Origin: Nitrospinaceae bacterium
GTDB lineage: Bacteria > Nitrospinota > Nitrospinia > Nitrospinales > Nitrospinaceae
Direction of reading: 5' to 3'
Assembly: GCA_965223665.1 (NCBI GenBank)
Contig: OZ245011.1
Span: 1,376,001 to 1,440,000 of the forward strand
DNA: 64,000 nt
Position 1 is the stretch's first letter, and each line of letters begins with the position of its first letter. Positions 37,983-47,987 of this stretch are shown one piece after another. Under the pieces are notes generated by a model, which had not been told where the DNA came from, made no database searches, and worked only from the letters and a program-made list of their open reading frames with translations. A program made the translations under genes and the position numbers.

Positions 37983-38666
37983 TCAAATAGGTTTTCCGGA
38001 GAGGTATAGATCGACTGATCCTAAAGGATCTTTCACGGGGAGAGCGTCCTTGCCTACTTTCTTGGTGCCGGGTGTGAAGTTGCAGGGATAAATTTCGACA
38101 TTCACTTTCACCTCCGGTCCCATCACGGAGTCCAGCAGGTCACTGGCCGCGTACCGAATATCCAGATCCAGCGGAAGCGTCGTTCTGGTTTTGGGTGGAA
38201 AGTTGAGTCGGTATTCAAAAGCATCCAGAAACGGGTTGGACCAGTCCAGTATCTCGTAAGGCTTTCCCAAAATGTGCACCGGCGCAATGGCTTCGTCAGA
38301 TTGTGTTTTGATGAGTCCGCACAAGGTGGAGTAATTGAACATGTGCAGGTCGATATTCGCTTTATTCGATACCACCAGATGGCCGATTTGAGTTCTGAGA
38401 CGTTTGTCGTATTTTACCGAATCCAGAAATTTAAAATAGACTTCGTGCCTGTCGTTATCCGCCACCATTTGAGTCAATTGAAACCGAAACGCGTTTTCGT
38501 AATCGGGGTCCGGGCTCATAGAGCACGATGTCAGCATCAGGCACATTGCCAACTGTCCCACAATTTTTAGGAATTGAGAAAATATTCGTTTCATTATTAT
38601 AAAAAGCCTATCCTCGTTTTTGATGTATCCAGTATAGGGTTTCAAAGTAGGTGGATCAATAACCAC
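37983..38666 (-). CDS. Hypothetical lipoprotein (true start probably further downstream, at MKRIFS or MCLML)
   Basis: Lipobox-like LTSC followed by a ~180-aa soluble domain. Confidence 0.55.
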   Translation of the reverse strand: MVIDPPTLKPYTGYIKNEDRLFIIMKRIFSQFLKIVGQLAMCLMLTSCSMSPDPDYENAFRFQLTQMVADNDRHEVYFKFLDSVKYDKRLRTQIGHLVVSNKANIDLHMFNYSTLCGLIKTQSDEAIAPVHILGKPYEILDWSNPFLDAFEYRLNFPPKTRTTLPLDLDIRYAASDLLDSVMGPEVKVNVEIYPCNFTPGTKKVGKDALPVKDPLGSVDLYLSGKPI

Positions 38667-38900
38667 ACCAGGCCACGCCTGGAAGAAGCAAAAATTTCAT
38701 AAGGTACCTTTCGGACCCTCTATCCATAAACTATTGAATATCCCTTTTGCCGCCACGGCGAGTGGTCAATCACCCCAGCCCGCAGCGTGACGCTGCCGGC
38801 TCACAGCCGGTGGGAATATTTTTTTGCGATGAGTTACTGTGTAGACCGAATCTTCAGAATCATTTCTTTACGTTTTCTCCACTCAACACTAAACCCCCAA

Positions 38901-39046
38901 GTGGTCAATCACCCCAGCCCTCTTTAAAAAGAGGGCGATCATCGACTTCCGTTTTAATATTTTCTTCTAAAGAATCCGCTCTATATATAGAACAAACTGA
39001 ACTTACGAAAAAGCTCTCAAGATTCTGCGTTAACCACCGATCATCG
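38901..39046. repeat. 146-bp REP-mosaic repeat, copy 1 (direct repeat of 43100-43245)
   Basis: GTGGTCAATCACCCCAGCCCTCTTTAAAAAGAGGGCGATC...CCACCGATCATCG; 4 mismatches to copy 2 by manual alignment. Confidence 0.88.
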
Positions 39047-39257
39047 CTAATAAAAGTTGCCTCCACGGCGAGTGGAAAAATCCCCCTGGCCCCCTTCACA
39101 AAGGGGGAATACATCAACGCTCTATTAACATTTTTTTCTAAAGAACCAGCGTTATATATAGAACAAACTCAACTTAGGGAAAGGTTCTAATGCTTCTATT
39201 TGCAAGTAAACACATCGGAGATAAATTTCCCCGTCGGCCGGGGGCCGATGTGGACGG

Positions 39258-39872
39258 TTATGATTGATTCAGCGTTTGCAGGAAGGTCGCGATTTCCAGA
39301 CTGAGATCGGTGAGGGTCTGGTTCATAGCTGCCACAATGCCTTTAAAGTCAGCGGAAGGAACCTGTTGCCGAAAGTCGGATTTTTTCATGACCAGGGTAT
39401 CCTTTCCGTTATTGGTGAGCACCGTCCACCTGGCTTTCAAAATACTGCCCTTCCCCATCATCCCAATAAATTCGGTGACCTCGACTATGACCTGGTAGTC
39501 GATTGGCGTTGAACCTCTCCATGGGAAAATTGAAATCCGATCCGTTTTCATCAGCGCGGAAAGGTTTTCAGCCAATACTCTTGAAAAATTACCCTCCAGA
39601 GGCTCCGCCCATTGGTGAAACTCAGACAGATCGACATTATTCTGATTGGTGCGCGTTACAATTTGTGGGCGGTTGAGGTGTTCGGGAAGCTCCACGGGAC
39701 CAATTCCCAGCGCCAGATTCGATTGGGGCGTAGCAGTGATAGCATCGGCATTGCTGCCAGTTTCCAAAGGTGAAAGCACGTAAAATTTTGCTGGAACTGA
39801 TGAAGAACCTCCACATCCCGACAGGAACAACAGCATAACGGAAAGAACTAGAACGAACCAACGAAACATCAT
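39258..39872 (-). CDS. pqiC: PqiC-like ABC auxiliary lipoprotein
   Basis: Lipobox LSGC; FYVL, GIGPVELP.HL.RPQIVTR, WAEPL......VLAENL. Confidence 0.88.
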   Translation of the reverse strand: MMFRWFVLVLSVMLLFLSGCGGSSSVPAKFYVLSPLETGSNADAITATPQSNLALGIGPVELPEHLNRPQIVTRTNQNNVDLSEFHQWAEPLEGNFSRVLAENLSALMKTDRISIFPWRGSTPIDYQVIVEVTEFIGMMGKGSILKARWTVLTNNGKDTLVMKKSDFRQQVPSADFKGIVAAMNQTLTDLSLEIATFLQTLNQS

Positions 39873-39877
39873 AAAAC

Positions 39878-40990
39878 CTATCTCCTTTTGGGTGCGCCGG
39901 CCTTGCCGTAGAGCAAAGCGTCCGGATGCCGGGCGAGATAATCGGACAATATACGGATTGATCGGGCGGCGGTAGACAGCTCCCTAAGAGCATTGTCGAG
40001 TTCAAAACGCAGGGTCGAGTCAGTATCGACGGCTTCCTGAACAAGCTTGAGCGTTTTCTTACCTCCGTCCACAGCTTCTTTCGTAGACTTCAGAGTTCCC
40101 GAAAGCTGGGTGGCGAGAGGATCGACCTTGTCGTTAATGTTTTTAGCAAGAGTGCGGGCCTCCCGCATGGCCTCCGAAAATTCCTGTTCCATTTCAGAGA
40201 GTGACTGTTTGCCCTGTTTAAGATCCACTTGAGCCGCTTTCAGGGTTTCATTCATTTCCATGGTCACCGCGGAAATGTTGGCTAAAATCGGCGAAGCTTG
40301 ATCGCTGATTTTTTTCACCAGGTCGCGTGTCTCCTTCAAACTGTCGCGTGCCAAAAGGATAGTTTCCTTCAGTTCACCCGCACCCACTATTTTATCTATC
40401 GACTGCACCATATTATCCATCGACTGTACCATGTGCAGGGTGGCCGTCACCAGATCGTTGAGAGGTAGTTTTTCGAGTCGCTCTCCCAGTTCCTGGATTT
40501 TAGAAGGAATCGTGGGAAACTCCGGCACACCTTCATAGGCCCCCACCAGATTAACCGGGGCGTCGGGATAAAAATCATACTCCACCGCAAGCTGACCCGT
40601 GACAAAGCTTTGGGTCACCAACTGCGCCCGAAGCCCCCGCTCGATCAATTTATAAGCAAAATCATCGTCCTTGTCAAAGTCCACCTTCTCGCCGTTCACC
40701 AGGGTAATCCGGTTTGCTTCTATTTGAACAATTACCGGCGTTCGCACATCCACCTCCTCGTAATTCACCTGCATCAGAATATCTACAACTGAGCCAATCT
40801 GCACTCCACGAAAGTTGACGGGAGCCCCCACGTACAAACCCGCAACCGAACTGTCGAAAAACATCACCCATTTTTTGGTTTTTGTAAAAAACTTTCCTTG
40901 GGAAAAAAAGATCAAACCAAATATCATGAGCAGGATGGCACCTACGACAAATCCTCCAATCAATGTCGGATTGGCTTTCTTAACTTTCAT
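39878..40990 (-). CDS. mlaD: MCE/MlaD family protein with long helical C-terminus
   Basis: NPTLIGGFVVG TM segment; F..SV.GL..GAPV.FRGV.IG.V; GLRAQL...S..TGQL; ARSIR.L.DYL.RHP.AL..G. Confidence 0.9.
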   Translation of the reverse strand: MKVKKANPTLIGGFVVGAILLMIFGLIFFSQGKFFTKTKKWVMFFDSSVAGLYVGAPVNFRGVQIGSVVDILMQVNYEEVDVRTPVIVQIEANRITLVNGEKVDFDKDDDFAYKLIERGLRAQLVTQSFVTGQLAVEYDFYPDAPVNLVGAYEGVPEFPTIPSKIQELGERLEKLPLNDLVTATLHMVQSMDNMVQSIDKIVGAGELKETILLARDSLKETRDLVKKISDQASPILANISAVTMEMNETLKAAQVDLKQGKQSLSEMEQEFSEAMREARTLAKNINDKVDPLATQLSGTLKSTKEAVDGGKKTLKLVQEAVDTDSTLRFELDNALRELSTAARSIRILSDYLARHPDALLYGKAGAPKRR

Positions 40991-41757
40991 CGCGCCTCCA
41001 GAGTTGGAGAACTCCGGGTCAGGAAATTCCGAACCTTCGGCTCTGTGGATTCCGCTAAAAGTTTTTTGGGATTCCCCTGGGCGATCATGGTTTTGGATTC
41101 CGCATCCAGGAAGATGGAATCGTCTCCAATCGCAAAAATGCTTTGCAATTCATGAGTGACCACAACCACAGTTGTTCCCAAACTGGACTTCAGTTCAACA
41201 ATCAGGTCGTCCAAAAGGCGGGCGCTGATGGGATCCAGTCCTGCAGAAGGTTCGTCGAAAAACAAAAGTTCGGGGTCCAGGGCCATAGCGCGTGCAAGCC
41301 CGGCTCGTTTCTGCATCCCCCCGCTGATTTCAGAGGGATAAAATTCCTCAAATCCTTTAAGCCCGACAAGAGACAGTTTGAGTATGGCCACCTCTCGAAT
41401 CTGCGAGGGAGTGAGGTCTGTAAACTCGGAAAGCGGCAAAGCCACATTTTCCGCCAGCGTCATGGAACTCCATAGTGCTCCTGCTTGATAAAGCACTCCA
41501 AACCGATGCATCATCCGCTCCCGTTCCCAGGGATCGGCCTCCCAAAAGTTTTCTCCGTTATAAAAAATCTCTCCCTGGTCCGGTTCAATCAGACCCACCA
41601 GGTGTCTAAGCAAAGTACTTTTGCCACAGCCGCTGCCTCCCATGATAATGAACACCTCACCCCGCTTTACAGTGAAATTAAGATTGCGTTGGATAACGAA
41701 ATCCCCATAGGCCATATCCAGCTGCTCTACGCGAATGTGAGTCTCTGTTTCAGTCAT
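40987..41757 (-). CDS. mlaF: MlaF-like ABC transporter ATPase
   Basis: GGSGCGKS, PSEISGGMQKRAGLARAMALDP.LLFFDEPSAGLDP, VVTHEL. Confidence 0.92.
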   Translation of the reverse strand: MTETETHIRVEQLDMAYGDFVIQRNLNFTVKRGEVFIIMGGSGCGKSTLLRHLVGLIEPDQGEIFYNGENFWEADPWERERMMHRFGVLYQAGALWSSMTLAENVALPLSEFTDLTPSQIREVAILKLSLVGLKGFEEFYPSEISGGMQKRAGLARAMALDPELLFFDEPSAGLDPISARLLDDLIVELKSSLGTTVVVVTHELQSIFAIGDDSIFLDAESKTMIAQGNPKKLLAESTEPKVRNFLTRSSPTLEAR

Positions 41758-41778
41758 TGCGGTTATCGATTTCCATTT

Positions 41779-42927
41779 TTAAAAATCCAGAATATTGAAT
41801 ATGACCGTAAACACGGATGTCGCGATCACAATAAATACGATTCCCGTTACCACCGCAGAGGTAGCGGCGTTACCTACAGCGGCAGAACTCTTTCCGCACT
41901 GCATACCGCGGATGCATCCGGATACTGCCACTAACACTCCAAAGGCCGCGCTTTGGATCAACCCGGAAAGAAAATCATTCATATCGATAGAGTTCTTGGT
42001 CTGAATGAAATACTCCATCGGTGAAATGTCGAGCATACTCCATCCCACGAAAGCGCCCCCCAGTATTCCAAGAAAATCCGCGTACAGGCACAATAACGGC
42101 ATCATCAACATAAGCGCCAGCAAACGTGGCAGCACTAGAAATTCCATCGGGGAAATACCCATCGTGGTGAGGGCGTCCATTTCCTCATTCACCCGCATGG
42201 TTCCAAGCTGAGCTGCAAACGCCGCCCCGGTACGACCCGCCATAATGATCCCGGCCATCATGGCACCCATCACACGCACCATACCAAGGCCGACCAGGTT
42301 GGCCACATAAATCTCAGCGCCAAATTGCTGCAGTTGCACCGCCCCCACAAATGCTAAAGTGAGCCCCACTAATACGCTGATGAGGGATACGATAGGAAGT
42401 GCCTGCGCCCCGCATTCGTAGAGAACCAAAAATAAATCTTTTTTCTGAAACCGGGCTTTCCCCTGAAGGAGTTTGAGGAAGGCCAAAAACGCCTGGCCTA
42501 TGAATTCGAGCATCTCCCCGGTCGTACGGATGATGTTGCAAGTTCCCATACCGATGCGACTGAGCAAAGGATCCGGTGAATCCACAAGTTCGCTTTCGAT
42601 ACGTTTTGGCACCGCATGGGCTAATTCGAAAAGACGGCGTACACCTTGAGGCAAACCCGTAGAATCCAACTGTACCTTCCGGGAATGGCAATAAGCTTCA
42701 ATATGATTCAGAAATGTCAATAGACCTGTATCCCAGGACTCTAACGCACGGGTATCGAAAACCACACGCTTCGGAGTTGGCCAATTTAAAAACTGATTTT
42801 TAATTTCCACAGTGGAAGGCAGATTCCCAGCCAGCTTCCAACTGCCGGACAGTTCCAGGCACAGAGATTCGGCAGCGGTGGGGATAATTTTAAAATTCCA
42901 GGATTGCGTTTGCGACAATGGAGCCAC
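41779..42927 (-). CDS. mlaE: MlaE-like permease with N-terminal STAS-like domain
   Basis: LSGSW...WDTGLL (STAS-like); G..ALPIV.L...G...AF....QL..FGA, AGRTGAAFAAQLGTM.V.EE.DAL..MG, VG.A.T.AVV. Confidence 0.92.
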   Translation of the reverse strand: MAPLSQTQSWNFKIIPTAAESLCLELSGSWKLAGNLPSTVEIKNQFLNWPTPKRVVFDTRALESWDTGLLTFLNHIEAYCHSRKVQLDSTGLPQGVRRLFELAHAVPKRIESELVDSPDPLLSRIGMGTCNIIRTTGEMLEFIGQAFLAFLKLLQGKARFQKKDLFLVLYECGAQALPIVSLISVLVGLTLAFVGAVQLQQFGAEIYVANLVGLGMVRVMGAMMAGIIMAGRTGAAFAAQLGTMRVNEEMDALTTMGISPMEFLVLPRLLALMLMMPLLCLYADFLGILGGAFVGWSMLDISPMEYFIQTKNSIDMNDFLSGLIQSAAFGVLVAVSGCIRGMQCGKSSAAVGNAATSAVVTGIVFIVIATSVFTVIFNILDF

Positions 42928-43099
42928 GCCTACCTCTCATTGGAGAAAAAAAACCGGTGGTCTTAGTTTTTCAAAATCTTCGCTATAAGGGTGGAGATGA
43001 TATTTTCCGCATCATATAAAAAAAAAGAAGGGAAATCAATATACTCCCAACGACCCCAAGTCCACCCTGCAAGTTTTTTTCATTCGACTAAAACCCCAG

Positions 43100-43245
43100 G
43101 TGGTCAATCACCCCAGCCCTCTTTAAAAAGAGGGCGATCATCGACTTCCGTTTTAATATTTTCTTCTAAATAATCCGCCCTATATATAGAACAAACTGAA
43201 CTTATGAAAAGGCTCTCAAGATTCTGCGTTAACCACCGATCATCG
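43100..43245. repeat. 146-bp REP-mosaic repeat, copy 2
   Basis: Direct repeat of 38901-39046. Confidence 0.88.
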
Positions 43246-43324
43246 AAAATCATTTTTGCTTGCGGGCGCTGGCCCGCTGCCTCTCACGGCGAGTGAGGGT
43301 CTGCAGGCTCTGGCGGCGAGCCAG

Positions 43325-43753
43325 TTACTGTGTGTGAAAGGGCAAGGGCACTTTGCCTTCGTGGTAAATGAGTCCGAGGAGGATGCCGAAAATTCCGAAC
43401 TGGAACGTCAGGTAAATGGTTTCCATGACCATGAACTGGAGTACGTGTTGGACCGACTGCTTGGCGACAAACGCCAGCACGTGCGACGTCCAGAAAAACG
43501 CTCCCACCAAAAAGGCAAACTTCACGCCGCGCATAATGGGGATTCCATAAAACTTGACCAGCGGAAATAACACGGACAACGCAAACCCCTGCAACAGTAT
43601 CGTTAAAAAACCAAGAGAAAAACTCGGCTCGCCTTCAATGTAGCCAAAAGCACGATACCGTTCCTCGAACAATCCCACATGCCACACCACCGCTAAGATA
43701 AAGGTGCTGACCGTATACGCCACCGTTCCCCAAAGCACTCTTTTAATATTCAT
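43325..43753 (-). CDS. Hypothetical four-TM membrane protein
   Basis: Four hydrophobic helices; F.LA..WH..LF...Y pattern. Confidence 0.7.
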   Translation of the reverse strand: MNIKRVLWGTVAYTVSTFILAVVWHVGLFEERYRAFGYIEGEPSFSLGFLTILLQGFALSVLFPLVKFYGIPIMRGVKFAFLVGAFFWTSHVLAFVAKQSVQHVLQFMVMETIYLTFQFGIFGILLGLIYHEGKVPLPFHTQ

Positions 43754-43758
43754 GAATT

Positions 43759-45252
43759 CTATTCCTTATTCATTTTTGTTTGAAGGGGGATGAGCCAGGA
43801 GTCTACATCCTTCACCATATGGTTCAAACCAAATTTTTGGTAAATGGCTCGCGCTTTTTGATAAGCTTCCAGCGCCGCCTCATAATTGTTTTGCCCCTGG
43901 TAAGCGTAGCCGATATTATACCAACCGGTTGCCACCCATGGGTGAGATTCTCCCAAAGTTTGTTTATATATTTCTAACGCCTTTTTATAATACTCAATGG
44001 CTTTGTCAAATTTTTTTTGTCGAATCCAAACTAAGCCAAGGTCACTTAAACTCCATCCGATATGAGGATGAGGCCCTTTAAACAATTTTTCTCTGACTGC
44101 CCTTGATTTCTCATGGTAATCAATGGCCTTATCATATTCCCCCTTGGAATCCCAAGCTTGCCCCAGGTTACTCCAACGAATGGCAATTTTGGGATGCTCT
44201 TCGCCAAAAGTTTTAAGATCGCTGTCCAAAGCCTTCTCATAATACTCAATGGCTTTGTCGTAATCCCCCTTATTATTCCAGGCCCACCCCAGGTTGTTGC
44301 GACAGGTCGCGACATTGGAATGCTCCTCACCATAAGTAGTGAGATCACTCTTCAGCGCTTTTTCATAATACTCAATCGCTTTGTCGTAATCTCCCTTATT
44401 ATTCCAGGCCAAGCCCAGGTTATTCCAATTGGTGGCCACATGCGGATGATCCTCACCATAGGTTTTAATATTACGAGCCAAGGCCTTCTCGAAATAATCT
44501 ATCGCCAGATCGTAATCTCCCTTATGATTAAAAGCCAGGCCCAGGTTGTTCCAACTGGTAGCAATCTCTACATGATCTTCTCCATACGTTTTAATATTGC
44601 AGGCGAAGGCTTTTTTGAGATACTCAATAGCCTTACTGTATTTACCTAACGTATCAAAGATAAGTCCAGTCTCATTCAAATACAATGCATTCTCCGGGTC
44701 CAGTTGGGTAGCCCGCTCAAAATATTTTAGCGCCTTGGCGTAATCGAGTTTATTTTCCGCCAATCGTGCAATTTCGTAAGCCGCTTCGGCGGCCTGCTGT
44801 TTCGATTGGTCCAATTGTTTTTCGGATTTCTCAATATACTTAACATTTTCATCCAACGCCTGTTGGAACAGAGCTTCCGCTTTCTCGGTTTTTCCTTTAT
44901 TTAAATGTTCCTGCGCGTCGGCAATTTGGTCCTCCGGGATCGAAGGCTGCCGCTTTAAAGCTTCTTTGGTTTCCGCCAACAGCTTTTTGGTTTTTTCCAA
45001 ATCCGCTTCAACATCATTCAACCGCGCTTCCGTTAAACTCGAGACTTTTTCCAGCAGAGAAATTTTTTCCTGATCGCGCTGTTGACCTTTTTCATATTCT
45101 ACCTTCAACTGATCCTGAACTTTGCGAACCTCTTTCTCCAGTTCCGCCTTGTGCTCCTGAAGAGAAATGCCGATCTTATTCCCCTGGACGATGTCGCCAT
45201 CGGCGTGAATATTTCCTTCTGCATGAATGGATCTGTTACTCTTACTCATCAT
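43759..45252 (-). CDS. TPR protein (coiled-coil N-terminus, 42-aa kinesin-light-chain-type TPRs), paralogue B
   Basis: Repeated A..WNNLG.AW..KG.YDKAIEYYEKAL......GE.HP units. Confidence 0.92.
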   Translation of the reverse strand: MMSKSNRSIHAEGNIHADGDIVQGNKIGISLQEHKAELEKEVRKVQDQLKVEYEKGQQRDQEKISLLEKVSSLTEARLNDVEADLEKTKKLLAETKEALKRQPSIPEDQIADAQEHLNKGKTEKAEALFQQALDENVKYIEKSEKQLDQSKQQAAEAAYEIARLAENKLDYAKALKYFERATQLDPENALYLNETGLIFDTLGKYSKAIEYLKKAFACNIKTYGEDHVEIATSWNNLGLAFNHKGDYDLAIDYFEKALARNIKTYGEDHPHVATNWNNLGLAWNNKGDYDKAIEYYEKALKSDLTTYGEEHSNVATCRNNLGWAWNNKGDYDKAIEYYEKALDSDLKTFGEEHPKIAIRWSNLGQAWDSKGEYDKAIDYHEKSRAVREKLFKGPHPHIGWSLSDLGLVWIRQKKFDKAIEYYKKALEIYKQTLGESHPWVATGWYNIGYAYQGQNNYEAALEAYQKARAIYQKFGLNHMVKDVDSWLIPLQTKMNKE

Positions 45253-45271
45253 CGTTGTTGCTTATCATTGA

Positions 45272-46582
45272 TTATTTTTTCTCAAGGCGGTCGAGAAAGT
45301 AATCTACTTCCTTTACTATATGGTCCTGACCAAATTGCTGGTACATGGCTCGGGCTTTTTGATAGTTTTGAAGTGCTTTCTCAAATTTCTTTTGCAATTC
45401 AAAAGTATAGCCGAGGTTAAATAAATCCCTCGCAATATCCGGGTGACTCTCGCCATAGTTTTTACGGTCCGTTGCCAAAGCTTTTTCAAAGTACTCGATT
45501 CCTTTTTCAATATTGCCTTTATTGACCAAAGCCGCTCCCAGGTTATTCCAACCGGTGGCCACCCAGGGGTGCCGCTCTCCCAGAGTCTGTTTATAGATTT
45601 CTAATGCCCTCTCATAATATTCCACCGCTTTATCATAATCCTTTTTTCGATCCCAAACCATTCCCAAATCGCTCAAGTTGGATCCAATATGAGCATGCGG
45701 TCCTTTAAACAATTTTTCTCTCACCTGCAAAGCTTTTTCATAATACTCAATCGCCTTGTCATAGTTCCCTTTTTCGCACCACGCTTGCCCCAGGTTGTTC
45801 AAATTGATTGCCACCTGCGGGTCTTCTTCACCATTTAATTTAATGTTGCAGGCCAAAGCTTTTTCATAATACTCAATCGCCTTATCAAACTGCCCCTTAT
45901 AACTCCAGGCGCGTCCCAGACCATTTAAGTTGATGGCAACGTCAAAATCCTCCGCTCCTTTTAATTTTATATTTATATCCAGAGCCTTCTCATGATACTC
46001 AATGGACTTATCAAAAAGTCCCAGCGTAAAATAAAGCGACGCAATAGCAGTCAAATAAACCGGATTGTCAGGAGTCAATAGCGTGGCGCGCTCGAAATAC
46101 TGCAGCGCTTTTGGAAAATTAAGTTTGTTTTCTGCCAACCGCCCGATTTCGTAAGCCGCTTCGGCCGCCTGTTCCGTCTTCTCATCCAGCGCCTGCTGGA
46201 ACAGGGCTTCAGCTTTCTCGGTTTTTCCTTTGTTTAAATGTTCCTGCGCTTCGGCGATCTGGTTGGCGGGAATCGATGACTGCCGCTCTAAAGCTTCCTT
46301 GGTTTCCGCCAAAAGTTTTTTGGTTTTCTCCAAGTCTTCTTCAACATCATTGAGTCTTGCTTCCGTTAAACTCGATACTTTTTCCAGCAGAGAAATTTTT
46401 TCCTGATCGCGCTGTTGACCCTTTTCATATTCTTCCTTCAACTGCGCCCGAACTTTTCGAACTTCTTTCTCCAGTTCCGCCTTGTGCTCCTGAAGGGAAA
46501 TGCCGATCTTATCTCCCTGAATAATGTCTCCACCGGCGTGAATATCCCGCCCGGCATGAATTGATTTTTTATTCTCGCTCAT
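45272..46582 (-). CDS. TPR protein, paralogue A
   Basis: Same architecture; the first ~130 aa are nearly identical to paralogue B. Confidence 0.92.
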   Translation of the reverse strand: MSENKKSIHAGRDIHAGGDIIQGDKIGISLQEHKAELEKEVRKVRAQLKEEYEKGQQRDQEKISLLEKVSSLTEARLNDVEEDLEKTKKLLAETKEALERQSSIPANQIAEAQEHLNKGKTEKAEALFQQALDEKTEQAAEAAYEIGRLAENKLNFPKALQYFERATLLTPDNPVYLTAIASLYFTLGLFDKSIEYHEKALDINIKLKGAEDFDVAINLNGLGRAWSYKGQFDKAIEYYEKALACNIKLNGEEDPQVAINLNNLGQAWCEKGNYDKAIEYYEKALQVREKLFKGPHAHIGSNLSDLGMVWDRKKDYDKAVEYYERALEIYKQTLGERHPWVATGWNNLGAALVNKGNIEKGIEYFEKALATDRKNYGESHPDIARDLFNLGYTFELQKKFEKALQNYQKARAMYQQFGQDHIVKEVDYFLDRLEKK

Positions 46583-46817
46583 AATTTTTTTCAGGTCATT
46601 AATGTTCTTTTCATTCAGTGGGAGCCAACCCCTAAAACCAGAACAACAGGTCCGTATTTATTCAAACCCTACTCTCTTCGGCTAACGGATGCAACTACAA
46701 ATGCTGCATTCCCACTCCTTTAAAAAGGGGAGACACATCGTCCTCCTTTTTATAAAGTTTTATTTGAGTCCGCAGTGATGTCGTTATACTAAAAGAAAGG
46801 ATTTTTCAGGGAACCGC

Positions 46818-47933
46818 ATGTTGAGTTTAACCAGAAACCAAAATAAAAAACTGTTAAATAAAAACGCCTTCCTTAATGGCATTGTATTTATACTGTGTCT
46901 CTTTTTTTACAACGCCTGCTCGAACTCTTCTTCGCAACTCACCCATGCCGGGAAAGGAAAACGCATGCTCGGTATTCAGGCGAACATGGGAGCCGAAGGA
47001 GATTTCGATGCGCTGTTCGATGAATCGCTGGAGGCCGGGAACGAAACGCAGGTGCTCTCCATGGACTGGCGAGAAATTGAAACCACTCCCGAAACTTTCG
47101 AGCCACAGGTGAATTTTCTGGCCATCGGCAATTATTTTTATTCCAAGCGCGGGATGCCCATTCACGTGACCCTGCGTCCCATTCACACCAGTCAAAAGGT
47201 TGTGCCTTCGGATTTAGCAAACCTTCCGATGGATGATCCGCAAATGATCGCTCGGTTTAAAAAACTTTTGGATTGGACGGCGGAACAAATCACCAAAGTG
47301 GAACTGGTCTCGCTCACCATCGGTTCCGAAGTCGATATTTATATGTGGGGAAATGCAGAACGTTGGGAAGAGTGGATTCGGTTTTACTCAGAAGTGTCCG
47401 CATATGCCCGCGAAAAATTTCCCGGAACATTTATTTCCTGCGAAACCACTTTTGCCGCTTTTACCGGAGCAGATTTGGAACGACTGCGTCGGCTGCACCA
47501 GTACAGCGATGCAATTGGCGTTTCGTATTATCCCATGCAACAAAAACTGGCCTCGGTAAAATCGCCAAATGCGGTGCATGACGATTTTGCAGCAGCGGTG
47601 AACGCCATTGAAGACAAACCGATTTTCTTTTACCAAATCGGCTATCCCTCCAACCCTGCCCTCAAGAGTTCGCTGCAACAGCAAGCCGAGTTTATTACCG
47701 AAACTTTTAAGGCCTGGGATGAGCATGCAAACCGCATTCGTCTTCTTAATTTTCAGTGGATGCATGAAGCGCCCAGCCATGGCGTGCAGAAGTATGTCGA
47801 CTATTACCAATATGACTCGCAAAGTTTCCGCGCGTTTCTGGGGAGCCTGGGACTACAATCCTGGACCGGCGAACCCAAACCCGCCTGGAAACGCTTACAA
47901 CAGGAAGCCCACTCCCGCGGGTTTGGTCATTAA
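46818..47933 (+). CDS. Glycoside-hydrolase-like (clan GH-A TIM barrel) lipoprotein
   Basis: Lipobox-like YNAC; W..IE..P..F, TIGSEVD, D.IGVSYYP, KPIFFYQIGYPS, Q..F....F..W, LGL....G.PKPAW. Confidence 0.65.
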   Translation: MLSLTRNQNKKLLNKNAFLNGIVFILCLFFYNACSNSSSQLTHAGKGKRMLGIQANMGAEGDFDALFDESLEAGNETQVLSMDWREIETTPETFEPQVNFLAIGNYFYSKRGMPIHVTLRPIHTSQKVVPSDLANLPMDDPQMIARFKKLLDWTAEQITKVELVSLTIGSEVDIYMWGNAERWEEWIRFYSEVSAYAREKFPGTFISCETTFAAFTGADLERLRRLHQYSDAIGVSYYPMQQKLASVKSPNAVHDDFAAAVNAIEDKPIFFYQIGYPSNPALKSSLQQQAEFITETFKAWDEHANRIRLLNFQWMHEAPSHGVQKYVDYYQYDSQSFRAFLGSLGLQSWTGEPKPAWKRLQQEAHSRGFGH

Positions 47934-47987
47934 AACAAAACTTTTAAATTCTTAATAAGAAAATAACTTATCCTCGATTGGGCAAAC

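Noticed and set aside
33897-43173. Short ORFs 33897-34103, 38747-39190, 38905-39117 and 42991-43173
   Set aside because: They translate the REP-like hairpins (NPPSPLHKGG, SPQPSLKRG) and are unlikely to be real genes.
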